64,000 nt of DNA from Eledone cirrhosa. Taxonomy: Eukaryota. The notes beneath the pieces are model-generated. The model saw nothing but the letters and a program-made list of their open reading frames with translations. It had not been told where the DNA came from and searched no databases. The stretch covers positions 70,122,001 to 70,186,000 of the forward strand of contig OZ024747.1 of assembly GCA_964016885.1 (NCBI GenBank), read 5' to 3'. Each line of letters opens with the position of its first letter. Within the stretch, counting starts at the first letter, position 1. This document shows positions 42,056 through 56,039 of this stretch, piece after piece. Both the position numbers and the translations under genes were made by a program.

Positions 42056-43243
42056 TCATCATCATCATCATCATCAACGTTTAACGTCCGTGTTCCACAC
42101 TTGCATGGGTTTGGACGGAGGTTTTCCCACTTGCGGCAAGAGTGATTGTCTTGCTCGCATAGGACTGTCTGGCGGGTTTTCTACAGTTGGATGCCCTTCC
42201 TAACACCAACCACATTTACAGTGTGGGGCTGGGAGGTTTTTACCGTGTTGCCTACACGGCCACATTACAGCGTGGACTGTGTTTTTTGTCGTGACACCTA
42301 CACAATCTCATTTGTTTCGGCCTGGATGGTGTGGCACCAACATAACTTTACATAGAAGGGGGCGGTGTGGATGGGGTGGGGGTGGTGGGACGGGGTGTAT
42401 TTTGTTAGAGATGCCTACTGACTGTAGTAGGTTTTACTATGTATTTAGGTAAGGCGGATCTTCTCTATTACTGAGTACCGCCAAAGGTCTCGGTCCAGTG
42501 ACATTGTCTTGGAGAGGTGTAAGTGTGTGAGGTCGGAATCTATCAAGTCGTCCCAGGTTTTTCTGGGTCTGCCTATTCCGTGGCTACCGTCTATCTTTAT
42601 TGCCCTGCACTTTGTTATACAGCTATCGTCTTTCATGCGCATCACGTGTCCATACCAACATAGCCTTCTCTCCAGTAAACAACATCTGATCCCTCTTATT
42701 TCTAATTTTTTCCTTAGTTCATTTATGCTTTGCCGTTCGCGTATATTACTGTTACACATCCAGCGGAGCATGCAAGCTTCGTTCCTCTCTAGTCTGCGTA
42801 GATCCTCTGCACACAATGCCCAGGTCTCACTGCCATGCAACATTGCTGTTCGTATGCAGGCATCATACAACCTGCCTTTCATTTTTAGGGAGAACTCTTT
42901 AGCGGCTAATAGTGGTATAAGCTCTCTGAACTTTTTCCAACCAGTTCTGACTCTAGCTACAGTACTTTCAGAGCACCCTCCCCCACTGCTGATTTTGTCA
43001 CCCAGGTAACGGAAGCTGTCCACTATTTCTATAGAGCCCTCTGCGCAGTTGAAAGAGCTAGTATTTTGTGGGCACTTGCTGCTACTTATTGCACCAGAGC
43101 ACCGGCCACATGTAAAATCTATGTTCTTGGTTAGCTTACCTGTGATCCCACTACATCTTTTATGCACCCATACTTTGCATTTCGGACACAAAATGGAGTT
43201 TCTACCTACGCCTTTCCTACACACTGAGCATGGCCACTTCCCG
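42056..43243 (-). mobile_element. 5'-truncated RTE LINE, same family as 37040-39565, with an intact C-terminal ORF part
   Basis: ORF 42445-43341 from GKWPCSVC to WRYSVIEKIRLT. The 3' UTR and (GAT)n tail end at 42056-42075. Confidence 0.95.
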
Positions 43244-43607
43244 GTGTGTGTGTATATATCTATATATATATATATATATACACACATACATGCACACATA
43301 TATATGTGTGGAAGGGGTATAAATAGAGAGTGGGATATCAATTTAACATGTTTATTTCATTACAGGTATTTCACTCTCTATGCTTTTCTTACAATTTATG
43401 ATCTACTTTGACACCAGGTAATACCAGGTAATAGTCATTCTCTGTCTTTTGTGTGAACACCGCTGCACCTTCAAATCACAGAATCACATCGAGTACTGAA
43501 CATAGTTTACACTTGCATTAAATGCAATCAAACCAACAGATACATGTAAATCACTGCTTTGTAAAATTTCAGTTCAGAAAAGTTGTATGTGATCCATATG
43601 ATGAGAG

Positions 43608-43703
43608 GATGGAGGTGTTAGATACATATGACATAGAAGATGGAGGTGTTAGATACATATGACATAGAAGATGGAGGTGTTAGATACATATGACATAGAA
43701 GAT
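43608..43703. repeat. 31-bp tandem repeat, 3 perfect copies
   Basis: gatggaggtgttagatacatatgacatagaa at 43608, 43639 and 43670. Confidence 0.95.
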
Positions 43704-43724
43704 AATTGAAAGTTCTGAGACAAC

Positions 43725-44280
43725 ATTATGTAAGCTACGGGCATGATTTGTGGCTGGAGAAAAGCACCACTCAGACAGAGTGTGACATTGTGATGGAACA
43801 GCACTTTAGATAGAGCTGTTAAACCAACTGACTGGCATGATTAATATGAGGTAGCTAAAAGAGAAAATAGATGGCAGATATTCATAGCATGAAAATAAAC
43901 TGAAAGCAAGAGGTTTGCCATTATTCTGTGGAGTGATGTGAATTGTATTGCAATGCAATGTGTGGTATGAATCAGGATTTTATTTGAGAAAAGGGTGTTC
44001 ATAATTATGCTTGCGCACTTAGAATATCTAATGCTCAGGAGAAAGATGTCTGGAAATGCTATTATGAGAAGTTGCTGAATGGGGAGAAGATAGACTACCC
44101 CCAGCTGACCCAACAGAAGGAACAGCTAGTGAAATTGGCATTTATAGAGACAAGGCGGCAAGTAAGAAAATGAAGAAGAGTAAAGTTGTGGGACCATCAA
44201 AGATAGTTTCTGAGATGTTGAAATCGTCTGGAGATGTAAGTTCAGAACTAATCACCTGCATAACAAATCAGGTAATATAG
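43725..44280 (+). mobile_element. Older RTE fragment (pre-RT region)
   Basis: ATGMICGW..VTL*WNS, DVWKCYYEKLLNGE and MKKSKVVGPSKIVSEMLKSSG are homologous to 37070-37670. Confidence 0.75.
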
Positions 44281-47200
44281 AGTAGATATGAACAATTCAA
44301 ATCCTTTCAAATGCACAGGTAGAGTATAGAATTCTTGTCCCTAAGATTACTCTCATTGTAACAGGTTTCTGAACTAAGCATGTTGATCTTAGGGAAAATT
44401 TAAGTCTCAAGGACCACAAAATACACTAATAAAAGAATAACAGTTTAACTGAGTAATCACTCTTATCTGCACACAGGAAAGATCTTCAATAATACTGTGC
44501 TAATAATAGTTAAAAAGGTCAATTGTACCAATACACAGTCTCTATTTACATGTATGAGAACAGAGATAGTAAGAGCTAATTGTAAAAGTTTGTCATGAAG
44601 AATATACAGTTTAAATGATGGCATATGAATTGTGAATGTTTTAGTTAATATTCAAAACCATGTTGATCCAGTCAGATGTGGATCTCTAATATGCCAATGG
44701 ATATGATGATAGCTTCATTCTCAGAATTGAAAGGAGCCTGAACAGCGTTGGCTACATTTTGATGAGAAATTACTTTTTCTTTAATACAAAATGGATTATT
44801 TGGTGTATGTGTGAGTTTCTGTTAACCCTTTCATGATCATATTCCTACTGAATTACACTGTATTTCACTTAAATAATGAAGAATTTCAAAGGTTTTACTA
44901 AAACTATTATTTCTTTATTAAGGTGGTATCAGTAACATACATTTCTTATGACACTTTTTTCATTTTTTGTCAAATTATGTTAGAAGATTTTAATTTCGGC
45001 AAGAACTCTTGAAAATGGGTGGTTTTGTTGTGTAGAAGCAGGGACAGTTTTGGAGTGTGTTGATATCAAACGCTTTAAAAATATATCAATAATATATGGA
45101 GAATGAAAGTCATAACTATTAAAATTCACTGAAGAAAATTATGATCACTGAATTTTAAATGTTAAGTCTGAATTTTAATTCATTATAGTGAATTAGCAAG
45201 TGAAGTAGAAATATGTGTTCAGCTCTGAAGAGGAAACCACATTTTTTGGATGTAGTTTTGTATTGATATGTAGTAAACATAAATGGCCAGCAAATATTCA
45301 CAGATCTTGCATGTATAAAGATTCCAGTTGTGTGATGTCCTTTAGTAGAAAAGATATAATTTTGTAGATGTATTTTTTTAATATGTTTAATGACTTTGAC
45401 TTGGTACTGATCCTGTTGAAAGAGACAGTTTGTCATCTTATTATGTAATGTTTTCAATAATTTTATTCATAGGATGTGTATCACAAATAAACAAGAATCA
45501 AACTTTCATACTCTGTCAAGAGCCCTAACAAAACAAGCTAATAGAGAGCTGACTGATGGGGGAAAATTTCTACTATGGTTGTGATAGTAAGAGATAAGTA
45601 GAACTCATAATAAAGCAACTTAACTAGAAGATCATCATAGTAGATGTAATCAACTGCTTTATTGATGTCAAGAACAACAACTTTTCCTTTATTGAAGTCT
45701 TCAAAAGCAAGAAATCATGCCAGATGTTTATTTTTATTACTTTAGATACAAAGTATTTTATAAAGATATATATTGATGTTGAAGAGCTCATCATATTAAT
45801 ATTACACATTTTCTTGCCTTATACCCTTCTGTTGTTTAGGATGTAATGAGGTAAACATTGCCATTACTTCAATGATGCATAAGTTTTAGATTTCATCAAT
45901 ATCACCATCATTATTGTAAACTAGTTTAAATGAATTTAAACTAATTTGGTGTTGGCTCATCTGAGAATATTTTATCTATCTGTAAATAACAGTTGATAAA
46001 TTTAGTATTTATAAAATGAGTAACATAGCATTAGATATTTAAGCCAAAATAGAAATGACAGACTCAGGTTGTTAATGATGGTTTCTTTTCTGCTTTCTGA
46101 AGACCTTTGAAGTTTTCTAATGCTGTAGAAATCAAACCAGCCTTGAAATACCATGCTTCAATAGAGTCGGTTAATGGGACAGACTTCTATGTAATTTCCT
46201 CAAAATTACTAACCAGTGAAGTGTCAAAAATATACTAACATAGCATATAATCACATATTTATTTTAACTTGTCATTTTTCCAAATTGCTTACTCCATCAA
46301 GGAAAGATACAAGTAAAAGACTAAATGAGCCATACAATTAAAGCCTATAAAATTCTTGATCGAAAACATTCCTCTAAAATCTTAAGACAGACATTCCAAG
46401 ACAACTCATGTGATTAAATGATAGTTCCTTCATTGCTTCAGTGCAAATTTGAAAAATCTTATTAACAACTTGTTTCTAATTAAAACAACTTAATTTCATA
46501 GCGCTGTATTATTTTCTAATAAATTCACCAGTAAGACGTAGAATAACTGTTGTCAGTGTTGATGTGGGTGCTAAAGATTATAACCACATATCTGCAGTTG
46601 CATTCCATATGATTTAATTAGCATTACAAATTAAGGTGCTGAAACTTTCTAGGGATTATCTTTCTTTAATTTAGCTATGGTTTCTTGTAAATTTATTCAA
46701 CATGTCAAAACTTCTGGATCATTATCTTTATCTATTTCTCACACTTAATTTAACAGTCTGTGAGATAATGAAGCCTCTTCATACATAATGCTAATGCATC
46801 ACCATTAATTATTCTTGCACTTATTTTCACCATGCTAGCATTGGATAGGTTTAGAAAATTATTATCTTCTTCTTTCTCCTTGGGTCCCAGCTAACTTTGT
46901 GTTAACTATCTCATTTCTGATTTTCTCTACTTATCTCAGATTTGAATATTTAACAACCGACACTATTGCTATCTTTACACAAATTTTACACCTTTTCAGT
47001 ATTACTCTTTTTCAAGTATTATCTGATAGAATTTTAACTTCTGCTAGGATTTCCTATTGAATTTATGTTTTACAATGATAAGGATGGCTATGGTGAAGCA
47101 TGTAGCAATAGCTCTTAGGGAAAATATTGAATTTCACTCTTATAATTACAAAACATATGCCAGGGTGCATAAAGAAACAAAGGTGGCTACTAACTAATAT

Positions 47201-47879
47201 AAAACTCTCTCTCTGATAAAACTCCTTACAATGCATTCACTATAAATCTACATAAAGACAGAAATGTATATAAGTGGTTAAGAAAACAGATATAAATATA
47301 AAATAATCTCACTACTACATAAAGGGCTGGCACAGTATAACTGAATGCTTAAAAGGTTTGCATCACAATTATTAGCTTCCAGTTTTGGTCACACTGTGTG
47401 GCATCATGTGCAAGTTTCCTATACCATAACCTTGGGTCAACCCATGTCTTGTGAGTGAAATTTAGAAAAGGGAAAATGCCTAGATGAACTGTATTTGTAA
47501 TTCAAAGGGCCACCATTGTCACAAATTGCATAATGCTGAATCTCCCTGAGAGCTATGTCAAGGTTACATATGTCTGTTTGAATGCTCACCCATATACATG
47601 TTAATTTCATGAGCAGGGTATTCTGTTGATTGAAAAATTTAAACACACATTATTGAAATAGAGTTCCACGCATATTTCATAGAGGAGAAAATAAACATGA
47701 TCAGAATTGACCATTAGAGACAAAAACTATCAATGTCAGGAAGAAGTAAATGAAGACAGCAGAAGATATAGCATGATGGGATCAACAGTTAATATCATGC
47801 AGGAACCAAAAGCCGAGCAATAGCAAGCTAAGGCCTTCCCCTAGAAGTGGATTGGTGAGGGGTGACAACAGCAGTAATA

Positions 47880-48092
47880 ACGGTTTCTGATAAAGGCACA
47901 AGGCCATCAATTTTTTGGGGAAAGGAAAGTCGATTAAATTGACCTCAGTACATTACTGGTGCTTTATTTTATCGACCATGGAAGGATAAAAGGCAAAGCT
48001 AATCTTGGCGGGATTAGAAATCAGAATGTAAAGGGACATAACTCTATGCTGAAAAACATGGTGTCCGACGCTCTACCGATACTGCCAATCCA
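47880..48092 (-). mobile_element. Older SINE family A copy
   Basis: Consensus motifs present. Confidence 0.8.
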
Positions 48093-48344
48093 CAGCAGTA
48101 ATAACATCAATGTATTCATTACAATCTATTCACAACACATCCATGAATTCATAATATATCCTGTAGCTCATATTATTTCCATGTGGTGACAATAATTCAA
48201 TGCGGTCCCATCCATGACTTGGGAGAAGTAACAGCTAAATATCCCTCAAATCACCCCCACCCATCTTAAACATGGAAGAACACATTACATGTTCCTTAAA
48301 AATATATAATGATCATGGCTGGAATGCCTTTCACTATAGGTTTC

Positions 48345-48708
48345 ATCATCATCATTATCATCATTATCATCATCTCTGCTTAATGTCCATTTTTCCATGT
48401 TAGCAGGGGTTAAACAAGTTGCCTCGTTGTGAGAGAGGCCAGGTCAGATGACCATGTTTTGCTCTTACAGAACTAGTTTTGGCTTGGTTTCTATGACTTG
48501 ATGCTCTTCCTAACACCAACCACATTTACAACGTACTTTTTGTCGTGACACTTACATGACCACTATATAGAATGGACTGGCCACTTTTTGTCGTTTTACC
48601 TACATGAAAACTTTACAGTGTGAGCTGGGTTTTTTTCGACATGTCACCTACATGACCACTTTACTGTATGGGCTGGGCGACTTTTGTCATGACACCTACA
48701 CCACCACT
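48345..48708 (-). mobile_element. RTE 3'-UTR repeat with 43-bp units
   Basis: (CAT)n tail and reverse-complement units. Confidence 0.7.
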
Positions 48709-49508
48709 CAATAGGTTTATACAATCAAAATTGTTCTTGGACCAAACAACAGTAGCAACTAATATATAATACACACACAAACACAAACAATAGATGCTGG
48801 TCTTCTAATGAGGTAATTAAAGAGTATAGTCAACCTGTTAGAAATAACAGCTTAATATCCTGTAAATCACACCCCGCTGCCTTAATATGGGGAGGACATT
48901 GAATAAAACAATCAACTAAAAAGTTGGATTCAAATATCTTTGATCACTAGTCTACTTAGTTAGACCTTACTCAAAGTAAAACACTACTGACAACAACATA
49001 CATGTGTATCCACAATGTAAACAATTATCTACAATGTACATGCATGTCCACCATACAGAAACATGTTTATAACACAGGTACTTTCAAAATGAAAAGGAAA
49101 AATAGCTACAATACATGAATGTATTCAATGCATACATACCTATCTGCTATATTTACACATGTTCAAAAAGATGCCAACAGGTGCAAATACTGTCCAAAGA
49201 TTAAAAAAATACAAAAGCCTTTACATTACCATTGAGACTAGATTATATTGCATTAGTTAATTTAGTGCCAAAATGACTTGAGTAAACAAACTCGTAATTA
49301 TAAATAATAAGTTCTCTCTGTTATCTTTTATCCTCGCATGTTTTGTTTAAAATGCCAACATATAAAAGGAAATGTTTGTAGATATTAGGTTGATATTAAA
49401 GCCAGAAAAGCAATGTATTAAAGGAAAAATGGAAATAGTTTGATCTGCTGTCTATATGCTAAAATTTGGTTCAGTGCCAGTGCCTATCAGTATTGAAGCA
49501 AACCTCAC

Positions 49509-49661
49509 CTGATGCAACTAACACTCTGACAGTAGAAGTGTCATTTAACCATGTAAGAATAACAGCTTGCACGAAATTGCCTCTCCCAAGATGTTTGCTG
49601 GTGGAACTCTTTCCACTCAACGCCAAGCCTGGCACTGGGCCAGACATAATTTTGCACTGAA
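49509..49661 (-). CDS. Candidate symmetric (phase 1-1) 153-nt exon of an unidentified gene
   Basis: Acceptor ttgttgttacag and donor CAG|gtgagg. Open frame QCKIMSGPVPGLALSGKSSTSKHLGRGNFVQAVILTWLNDTSTVRVLVAS in higher-complexity, higher-GC unique sequence. No recognised homology. Confidence 0.25.
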
Positions 49662-50339
49662 CTGTAACAACAATTCTCACAGCAAAAAGAAAGCTAAATC
49701 CAATCTATAGCGGCTGTAGTTTGCTTAGGTCAGTTGACCACTGATGGGGATAGCCATCTGATATATCTCTATGTAAAATGATTTATATATATATGTATGT
49801 ATGTATGTATATATATGCATACAGACGCATAAACATATACTCACATATGTGCGTGTGTATTTATGCATGTCTGTAAATTGTATGTGCATATTATATACAT
49901 ACACACATGTGCATATTATATACATACACACGTGTGTTGTATAATGTATGTATACATATATATATACATACATTATACAACACACACGAGTATGTGTGTG
50001 TTGTGTTTACATGTGATAACTGATTTTCTTCTGTCAAACCTGCTCTGTACCATGTACAAATTACAATACAAATATCAAGCACTTATTTTTTTGTATTATA
50101 TGACATTAAAAAATACATATAATATGGTTGTTAATATATCAACAAACTCCCTATAACAGTATAGCATTCAACATTCTGATTAGTGTTAGATTAACTAATA
50201 TATAATAGGCTTCTATAATAACTTGCTTAATTTCAGACTGTGAAGATAAAATGATGATGATGAGGAGGATAAGTATCTTCATCACTTTATTAGCCATTAT
50301 GTACGTACACACAATTTTATATATATATAACAGCGCATT

Positions 50340-50561
50340 TTGCAGTCTGGTCGTGTAGGCATCTTGAAAAAAAGTACCCAGTACACACTGTAAATGAGGT
50401 TGGCATTAGGAAGGGCATCCAGCTGTAGAAACCAAGCCAAAACCAGTTCTGTAGGAGCAAGACATGGTCACCTGACCTAGCATTTCTCACAATAGGACTA
50501 CTCGTCTAACCCATGCTAGTGTGGAAAATGGACGTAAAACAGTGATGATGATGATGATGAT
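50340..50561 (+). mobile_element. RTE 3'-UTR repeat
   Basis: aggaagggcatccagctgtagaaa...tggacgtaaaa followed by (GAT)n. Confidence 0.8.
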
Positions 50562-50814
50562 AAAGTAAGAGGGAATCAAGTATCAATTTACCACAATATA
50601 CATATGTTATTCATTTGTGACATGCGTTTCTTAATCTATCAGCTCAAGGTACAATAGGTTATGATTGGGCTCAACTTGGGAAACAGGCTTGTGGATTGCA
50701 AACATATGGAATTATCTTTGCCACATCCTGTTTCTTCACTTCCACGTTGTCTTTTCGTTTTCTGTTTACTGTCTCAACTTTAATATATATATATATATTT
50801 TCTTCTTCCTCCAC

Positions 50815-51805
50815 TTATTTTTGGGCAGGTTGTGGCATCAGAGCCATCAACCAGTCTTTCCATTGGGTCCTGTCAGAGCAACTGTCTTCATTGTTCCATC
50901 TGGATCCCCAAGTGAGACCAGCTATGCTCATGAATTTTATGAAACCATCTTGCTCAGAATCTATCCCTAGGTCTCCTTCTGGTAAGTTTTGCCAGTAAAA
51001 TCTGCCCAGCAATTCTTTCCTAAGACATTCTAACCACAAATCCATAGTGTCAGAGCTGTTACCTCTGAATTTGGAGAAGTAGCAGCGCTACCTAAAGTGA
51101 CTCATTGAGCTCAAAACGATATGATCTATCCAGGAACCCCATTTCAGCACTTGAATTTGCAATCATCATCTTTCAGTCATTACCTAAGATTCATAAGGGC
51201 TGGCACAAATACTAATTTATAGATAGTGAGTTTGGCTTTTACATCTATCTCCCTTCTGAAAACAAAATCCTGAAACTGACACATTACTGTGCCAGCTCCT
51301 ACAATTCTTGCACTTAATTCAACCTCCTGCCTTCCATTGCTCATGAACAACAGACCCTAGAAACTTGAACTTCTCCCCCTGCTTCAGTGGAACTTTACTC
51401 ACATGTAGAGTACACTCACAGGCTTCCTTGGGATGACAAGTGTCTCAGTCTTCAGAGCACTGATTTTAATTCCTGCCATGCAACATTCAGGAACAAACAT
51501 ATTATGTGCATTTCAGAGATCACCTTCTGATGAGTTAACTAATGCTATGTCGTCCACAAATTCCAGCTGACTGGTCCCACATTCACCAGTCCCAATACCA
51601 CTTCAAATACGACCGTGCTTGTCACTCCTGTCCATAAAGATTATGAATGGAAGAAGTGACAGTATGCACACCTGGTGAAGTCTGACACCTACATTGAATG
51701 ATTTGGATTTAGCCCCATTTATCTAAACACAAATACTAGGGTATTCATAGAGAGATATCAAGACAACAAGAAGCTGTCCATTGATCCCATGCTCCTGCAG
51801 AACTG
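50815..51805 (-). mobile_element. Old RTE-clade LINE fragment (family B)
   Basis: Minus strand reads LHQVCILSLLPFIIFMDR and SQLEFVDDIALV. Homologous to 7790-8640. Confidence 0.75.
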
Positions 51806-51960
51806 AAATAGATTTGGGACTGTCATGAGATCAAGGTCATCCTCATCATCATAGGAACACTAGGTACTATCTTGAAAAGTTTCCAAGGCTGGTTTTTTGG
51901 AACACTTCAAAAGGCATGCCTTAGCAAGGACCCTCTGATACGTCCTGAATATCTGAGCTA
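51805..51960 (+). mobile_element. R4/Dong-like LINE 3' fragment
   Basis: IWDCHEIKVILIIIGTLGTI, similar to 18150-18200. Confidence 0.5.
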
Positions 51961-52701
51961 GTGGTTTGATGTTCATTTGGGCAAATTTTCTGGTTAAATA
52001 ACATTCATGACTGAGATATAAAATTCGTAATAATAATTGTTTCTACGTTAGGCACAAGGCCAGCAATTACCCAGTGTATTACTGGTACTTTATTTTATCG
52101 ACCCCGTAAGGATGAAAGGCAAAGTTTAATTTTAGACCACGAGACTAACCATTTTGGGGGATGGGTAAAGTCATTATTTTATCAACCATGTAAGGTTGAA
52201 GGGGAAAGTTGACTCTTGCAGGTTTTCAAGAGGGATAACAAATACTACAAGGCATTCCATTCAATGCTCTTATGATTCTGCCAAATATTAATAATGATTT
52301 CTTTATTTGCCTCAAGGGTGATGGATGAAGGTGTTATTAAAAGTACAAATTACATTAACTATGGGAGTTTGGGTAGAATCAATTATGATATGACCTATGA
52401 AAACAATAGATTATCTTTACTATTCAGAAATGTATTAAATGTATGATTATTACTATCAAAACAGTAGTAATATTGTTGCACATTAAATATAATAGACTAT
52501 AGAAAAACAGAATAACATATATAAAATCACTCAGCATGACCAGAGTCAAGAGGCTGAAGAAATCAGCACAAGAATAGAATAATAATAATAAAGTATGCTA
52601 AAATAATAAAAATATACTAAAATAATAAAAGACACTAAAATAAAGTGCATTGAACATAGTAAATTGTTCTAAATTGTCGATTTAATTTACATCAGTTTTT
52701 C

Positions 52702-52901
52702 NNNNNNNNNNNNNNNNNNNNNNNNNNNNNNNNNNNNNNNNNNNNNNNNNNNNNNNNNNNNNNNNNNNNNNNNNNNNNNNNNNNNNNNNNNNNNNNNNNN
52801 NNNNNNNNNNNNNNNNNNNNNNNNNNNNNNNNNNNNNNNNNNNNNNNNNNNNNNNNNNNNNNNNNNNNNNNNNNNNNNNNNNNNNNNNNNNNNNNNNNNN
52901 N
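52702..52901. other. Assembly gap (200 N)
   Basis: Exactly 200 N, a fixed-size scaffolding gap. Confidence 0.99.
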
Positions 52902-53100
52902 ATATAGTTACATAATTTTACTTATAAAGGCGCAACTCAATATATAACTGGTATAAACAGGGTATACGCCCAAAATATGTACACATACTCCAACAGCATT
53001 TTAATAAATATTGCCTGTCCAGGAAATCAATCTGTGTATACATTATCTGGGGTCACCCTGTATATATATATTATACATATATATACTCGTATATATATAC

Positions 53101-53247
53101 ACTAGCAGAATGGCCCGGCATTGCTCGGTATTTGGTCTAGGGTTCTTATATATTTGATATATATTTATCCTTATCGAGCCTCGTGAAATAAATACGTTTG
53201 TTTATATTTTGTTATTGTGTATACAAAAATATCTGTCCACGAATATA

Positions 53248-53299
<52 letters not shown>

Positions 53300-53429
53300 C
53301 GAAACATAAGTCAATTGCATGAACTCATAATCCTTTATTTACTACTAATGGCTATGACCTCATCAGGCAGTTAGTCAGTTCTTAGATATGCCACCTCTGT
53401 GTTTATAGTGTTGATGGTATCAGAGCCTT

Positions 53430-53478
<49 letters not shown>

Positions 53479-54130
53479 CAGTACAGAAAAGTACGGAATA
53501 CCTCGGCCTCGGGATGGTGTCTACATTTTGTGCTAATAAAAAAAATTCGTCGTAGAATACCAGGGTTTTTTTCCGCGCGAAGAAAATCAATAATTTATCG
53601 CGAAATAAATACTTTTGTTTATATTTTGTTATTGTGTATGCAAAAATATCTGTACACGAATATATAATTATATATATATATTAAAATAACAGATTAAAGT
53701 TTAAGCAAAGAATCGCTGCTTTCACCCTTAACGGGATCTTCTGAAACTAAAATAAAAAAAATCAATCTGTGAACGCAGAAGTAAATATTTCGAAAAACGT
53801 TACACACTATATATATATATATATATACACACACTATATATACATATATATACACACACAGCTACGTTATAATGTCGTAATGCAGACAGCCATGCATACA
53901 GACATGTTATAAGGGCGCAATGTTATATCTATGTATCTATCTAAAAAGAGAAAGACTAAGAATTATAGAGAGAGATCGCTAAATCACCTAATGCGGTCCC
54001 TAGGGTATTGAAAATTTGAAACTCACAGGGCCATAAGTATTACATATGTAAAGTTTGAAAACAATCGGTTGGGTGGTTCTCGAGTTTTAGTGATCGGACA
54101 GACAGACATTCTCTGTTTTAGATATATATA
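53101..54130 (+). mobile_element. Lep1/HINE-like non-autonomous Helitron with internal duplication and insertions
   Basis: 5' ACTAG...CCCGGCATTGCTCGG and 3' AAGTTTGAAAACAATCGGTTGGGTGGTTCTCGAGTTTTAG...CAGACAGAC..TTTTAGATATAT. A ~75-bp direct repeat lies at 53181-53258 and 53598-53675. Confidence 0.65.
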
Positions 54131-54524
54131 TATATACACACAAACACACATATTACACAAACACACGCATATATATATATATATATATATATAGATGAAG
54201 ATTTGTGTTTACATTTGCATATATATATATTTTGTGTTCATAGTTCACATTGTATTAGTACTCTCACATACTTAGTGATACCGGACGCAACACATATGTG
54301 ATCAGATACATTTTCTTAGGCATAAGTGGGACGTGAAAAATAGTCTGCATAAATATATTTCGGGTGTTGCTGAAAGATAGAAGAGATAAAACTCACTAAC
54401 AGTATGTTATGAATCCTTGCAGATCTAAAGCCGGGAAATAGAAAGATCAATAGAAGATCGATATTTAAAGAAGCTAATTGATAAATGTGTTGTAAGCAAA
54501 GGGTTCTAGTAATTACGTAATAAT

Positions 54525-54709
54525 TGTTTCTACTTTAGGCACAAGGCCAGCAATTACTCAGTACAATACTGGTACTTTATTTTATCGACCCCATGAGGAT
54601 GAAAGGCAAAGTTAACCTCGGCGGGATTTGAACTCAGATCGTAAAGGGTCGTAACTATGCTGGAAAGCATGGCGTCCGACCCTCTACCGATACTGCCAAT
54701 CCACCGCCA
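54525..54709 (-). mobile_element. SINE family A with 18-bp TSD
   Basis: TSD TAGTAATTACGTAATAAT at 54507-54524 and 54715-54732. Confidence 0.92.
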
Positions 54710-55714
54710 CATATTAGTAATTACGTAATAATGATTTCTTACATTGATGCCAAATTACTGTTTTACGGTGAAGGAGTATTTAAACACGTGAACATATTTT
54801 ATCGACCCGAGAAAGGTAAAATACCAATCAATGGGTAAAACCAATGTAATTGAATACTTAAAGAAATTTGTTAGGCTCACAACCATTCCTATCATAACAC
54901 GCCTTAAATAAATATTAATAAACCTTGGCTATAGATGGAAACTGAACATAGATGGGTAGCTAACCCCACTATACACACAAATGCTGCATCGGCCACCAAG
55001 ATAGCCCCTACGTGGTTCTATAACCTGCAAGAAATAACAACAATATCTTCAGATACAGTCGTATTGTCTTTAGAAAGGAGTCATTAGTCATTGTAATCTG
55101 GGATACACTATTTCTAAAAAAAATTCTGTGGGTGATGTATATATATATATGTGTGTACCTATCAAAATTATATATATATATGCGTATATATAAATCAACA
55201 CATGTGTCTTATAATTGCGGTGATGATTGAAAATAGAATTATAAGGTAACGTTGCATTTTCACTACAGAAAATAGTATAACAACAGGCGTCTGAATCGAA
55301 CCCATACCTCTTATTATCTGGATAAATGTGCTAGCTGATACCAGCAACCTGCCCACCTAACTTTGATTCGTTGAATTTAGGAGCTATGCGTTGGTAGGTG
55401 TCTGTGTAATTCAGCACGTTTTTTTAGAATACGAAAGCGATTAAACATTTTGGAAATAACACTATAAGCATTCGCCGTAGTTTGACTACAGAAAATAATC
55501 TAATATCAGGGGATATAAGCCCCATAATGGATAAAAATGGAAATCAGCACGCCTTGAAATCGAACCCATACCCTTTAATTGTCCGATGTGATATTGATGT
55601 GAATATCCCATCGAATCAAAGCAAGATTGGTTTGTGGAAAACTGTTATCTTATTATATGCTGTTGAGTGTTCAAAATATACATACGTCTTCCCTACCCGG
55701 TGTCTTTAGAAATA

Positions 55715-55846
55715 ATTTCTGAAGACGGCGGGTAGGGAAGACGTATGTATATTTTCTTACTTTGATAATTTGTAATATATTTTACATAGATCACTAATAG
55801 AATGAACATACGGAGAACTACCCCCCCCCCGAAACGATCGTAAAAT
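55715..55846 (+). ncRNA. Hammerhead ribozyme-like motif (type I, ~105-nt stem II region)
   Basis: ATTT-CTGAAGA (55719-25)-cGGCGGGTAG...CTACCCCCC-GAAA (55831)-CGATCG-TA-AAAT. A 5' fold-back inverted repeat spans 55673-55755. Confidence 0.55.
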
Positions 55847-56039
55847 AATGAGTTTTACTATGAATTACCCGTATTTTGTTTGTTTTCACTATTTGTATTA
55901 TTTTGACTCTGCTTCCAATGAATTATATCGTTGAAGTTTTGTATTTTAAACTTTGCTTCAGGACATCTACATAGGGATTACATTGAGTTCTTCATACGGC
56001 TTGAACCCTACCATTGATTGGTGGATTTATCTGTGTGTA

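Noticed and set aside
44822-45077. Possible second piggyBac MITE (TTAACCCTTT start)
   Set aside because: The right TIR is too degenerate to confirm.
49925-49992. Palindrome resembling a pre-miRNA
   Set aside because: Built from TA/TG/CA low-complexity sequence, and no known mature miRNA was recognised.
53295-53432. TA-flanked island with minus-strand CTGATGAGG..CC
   Set aside because: No GAAA follows stem II, so it is too degenerate to call a hammerhead.
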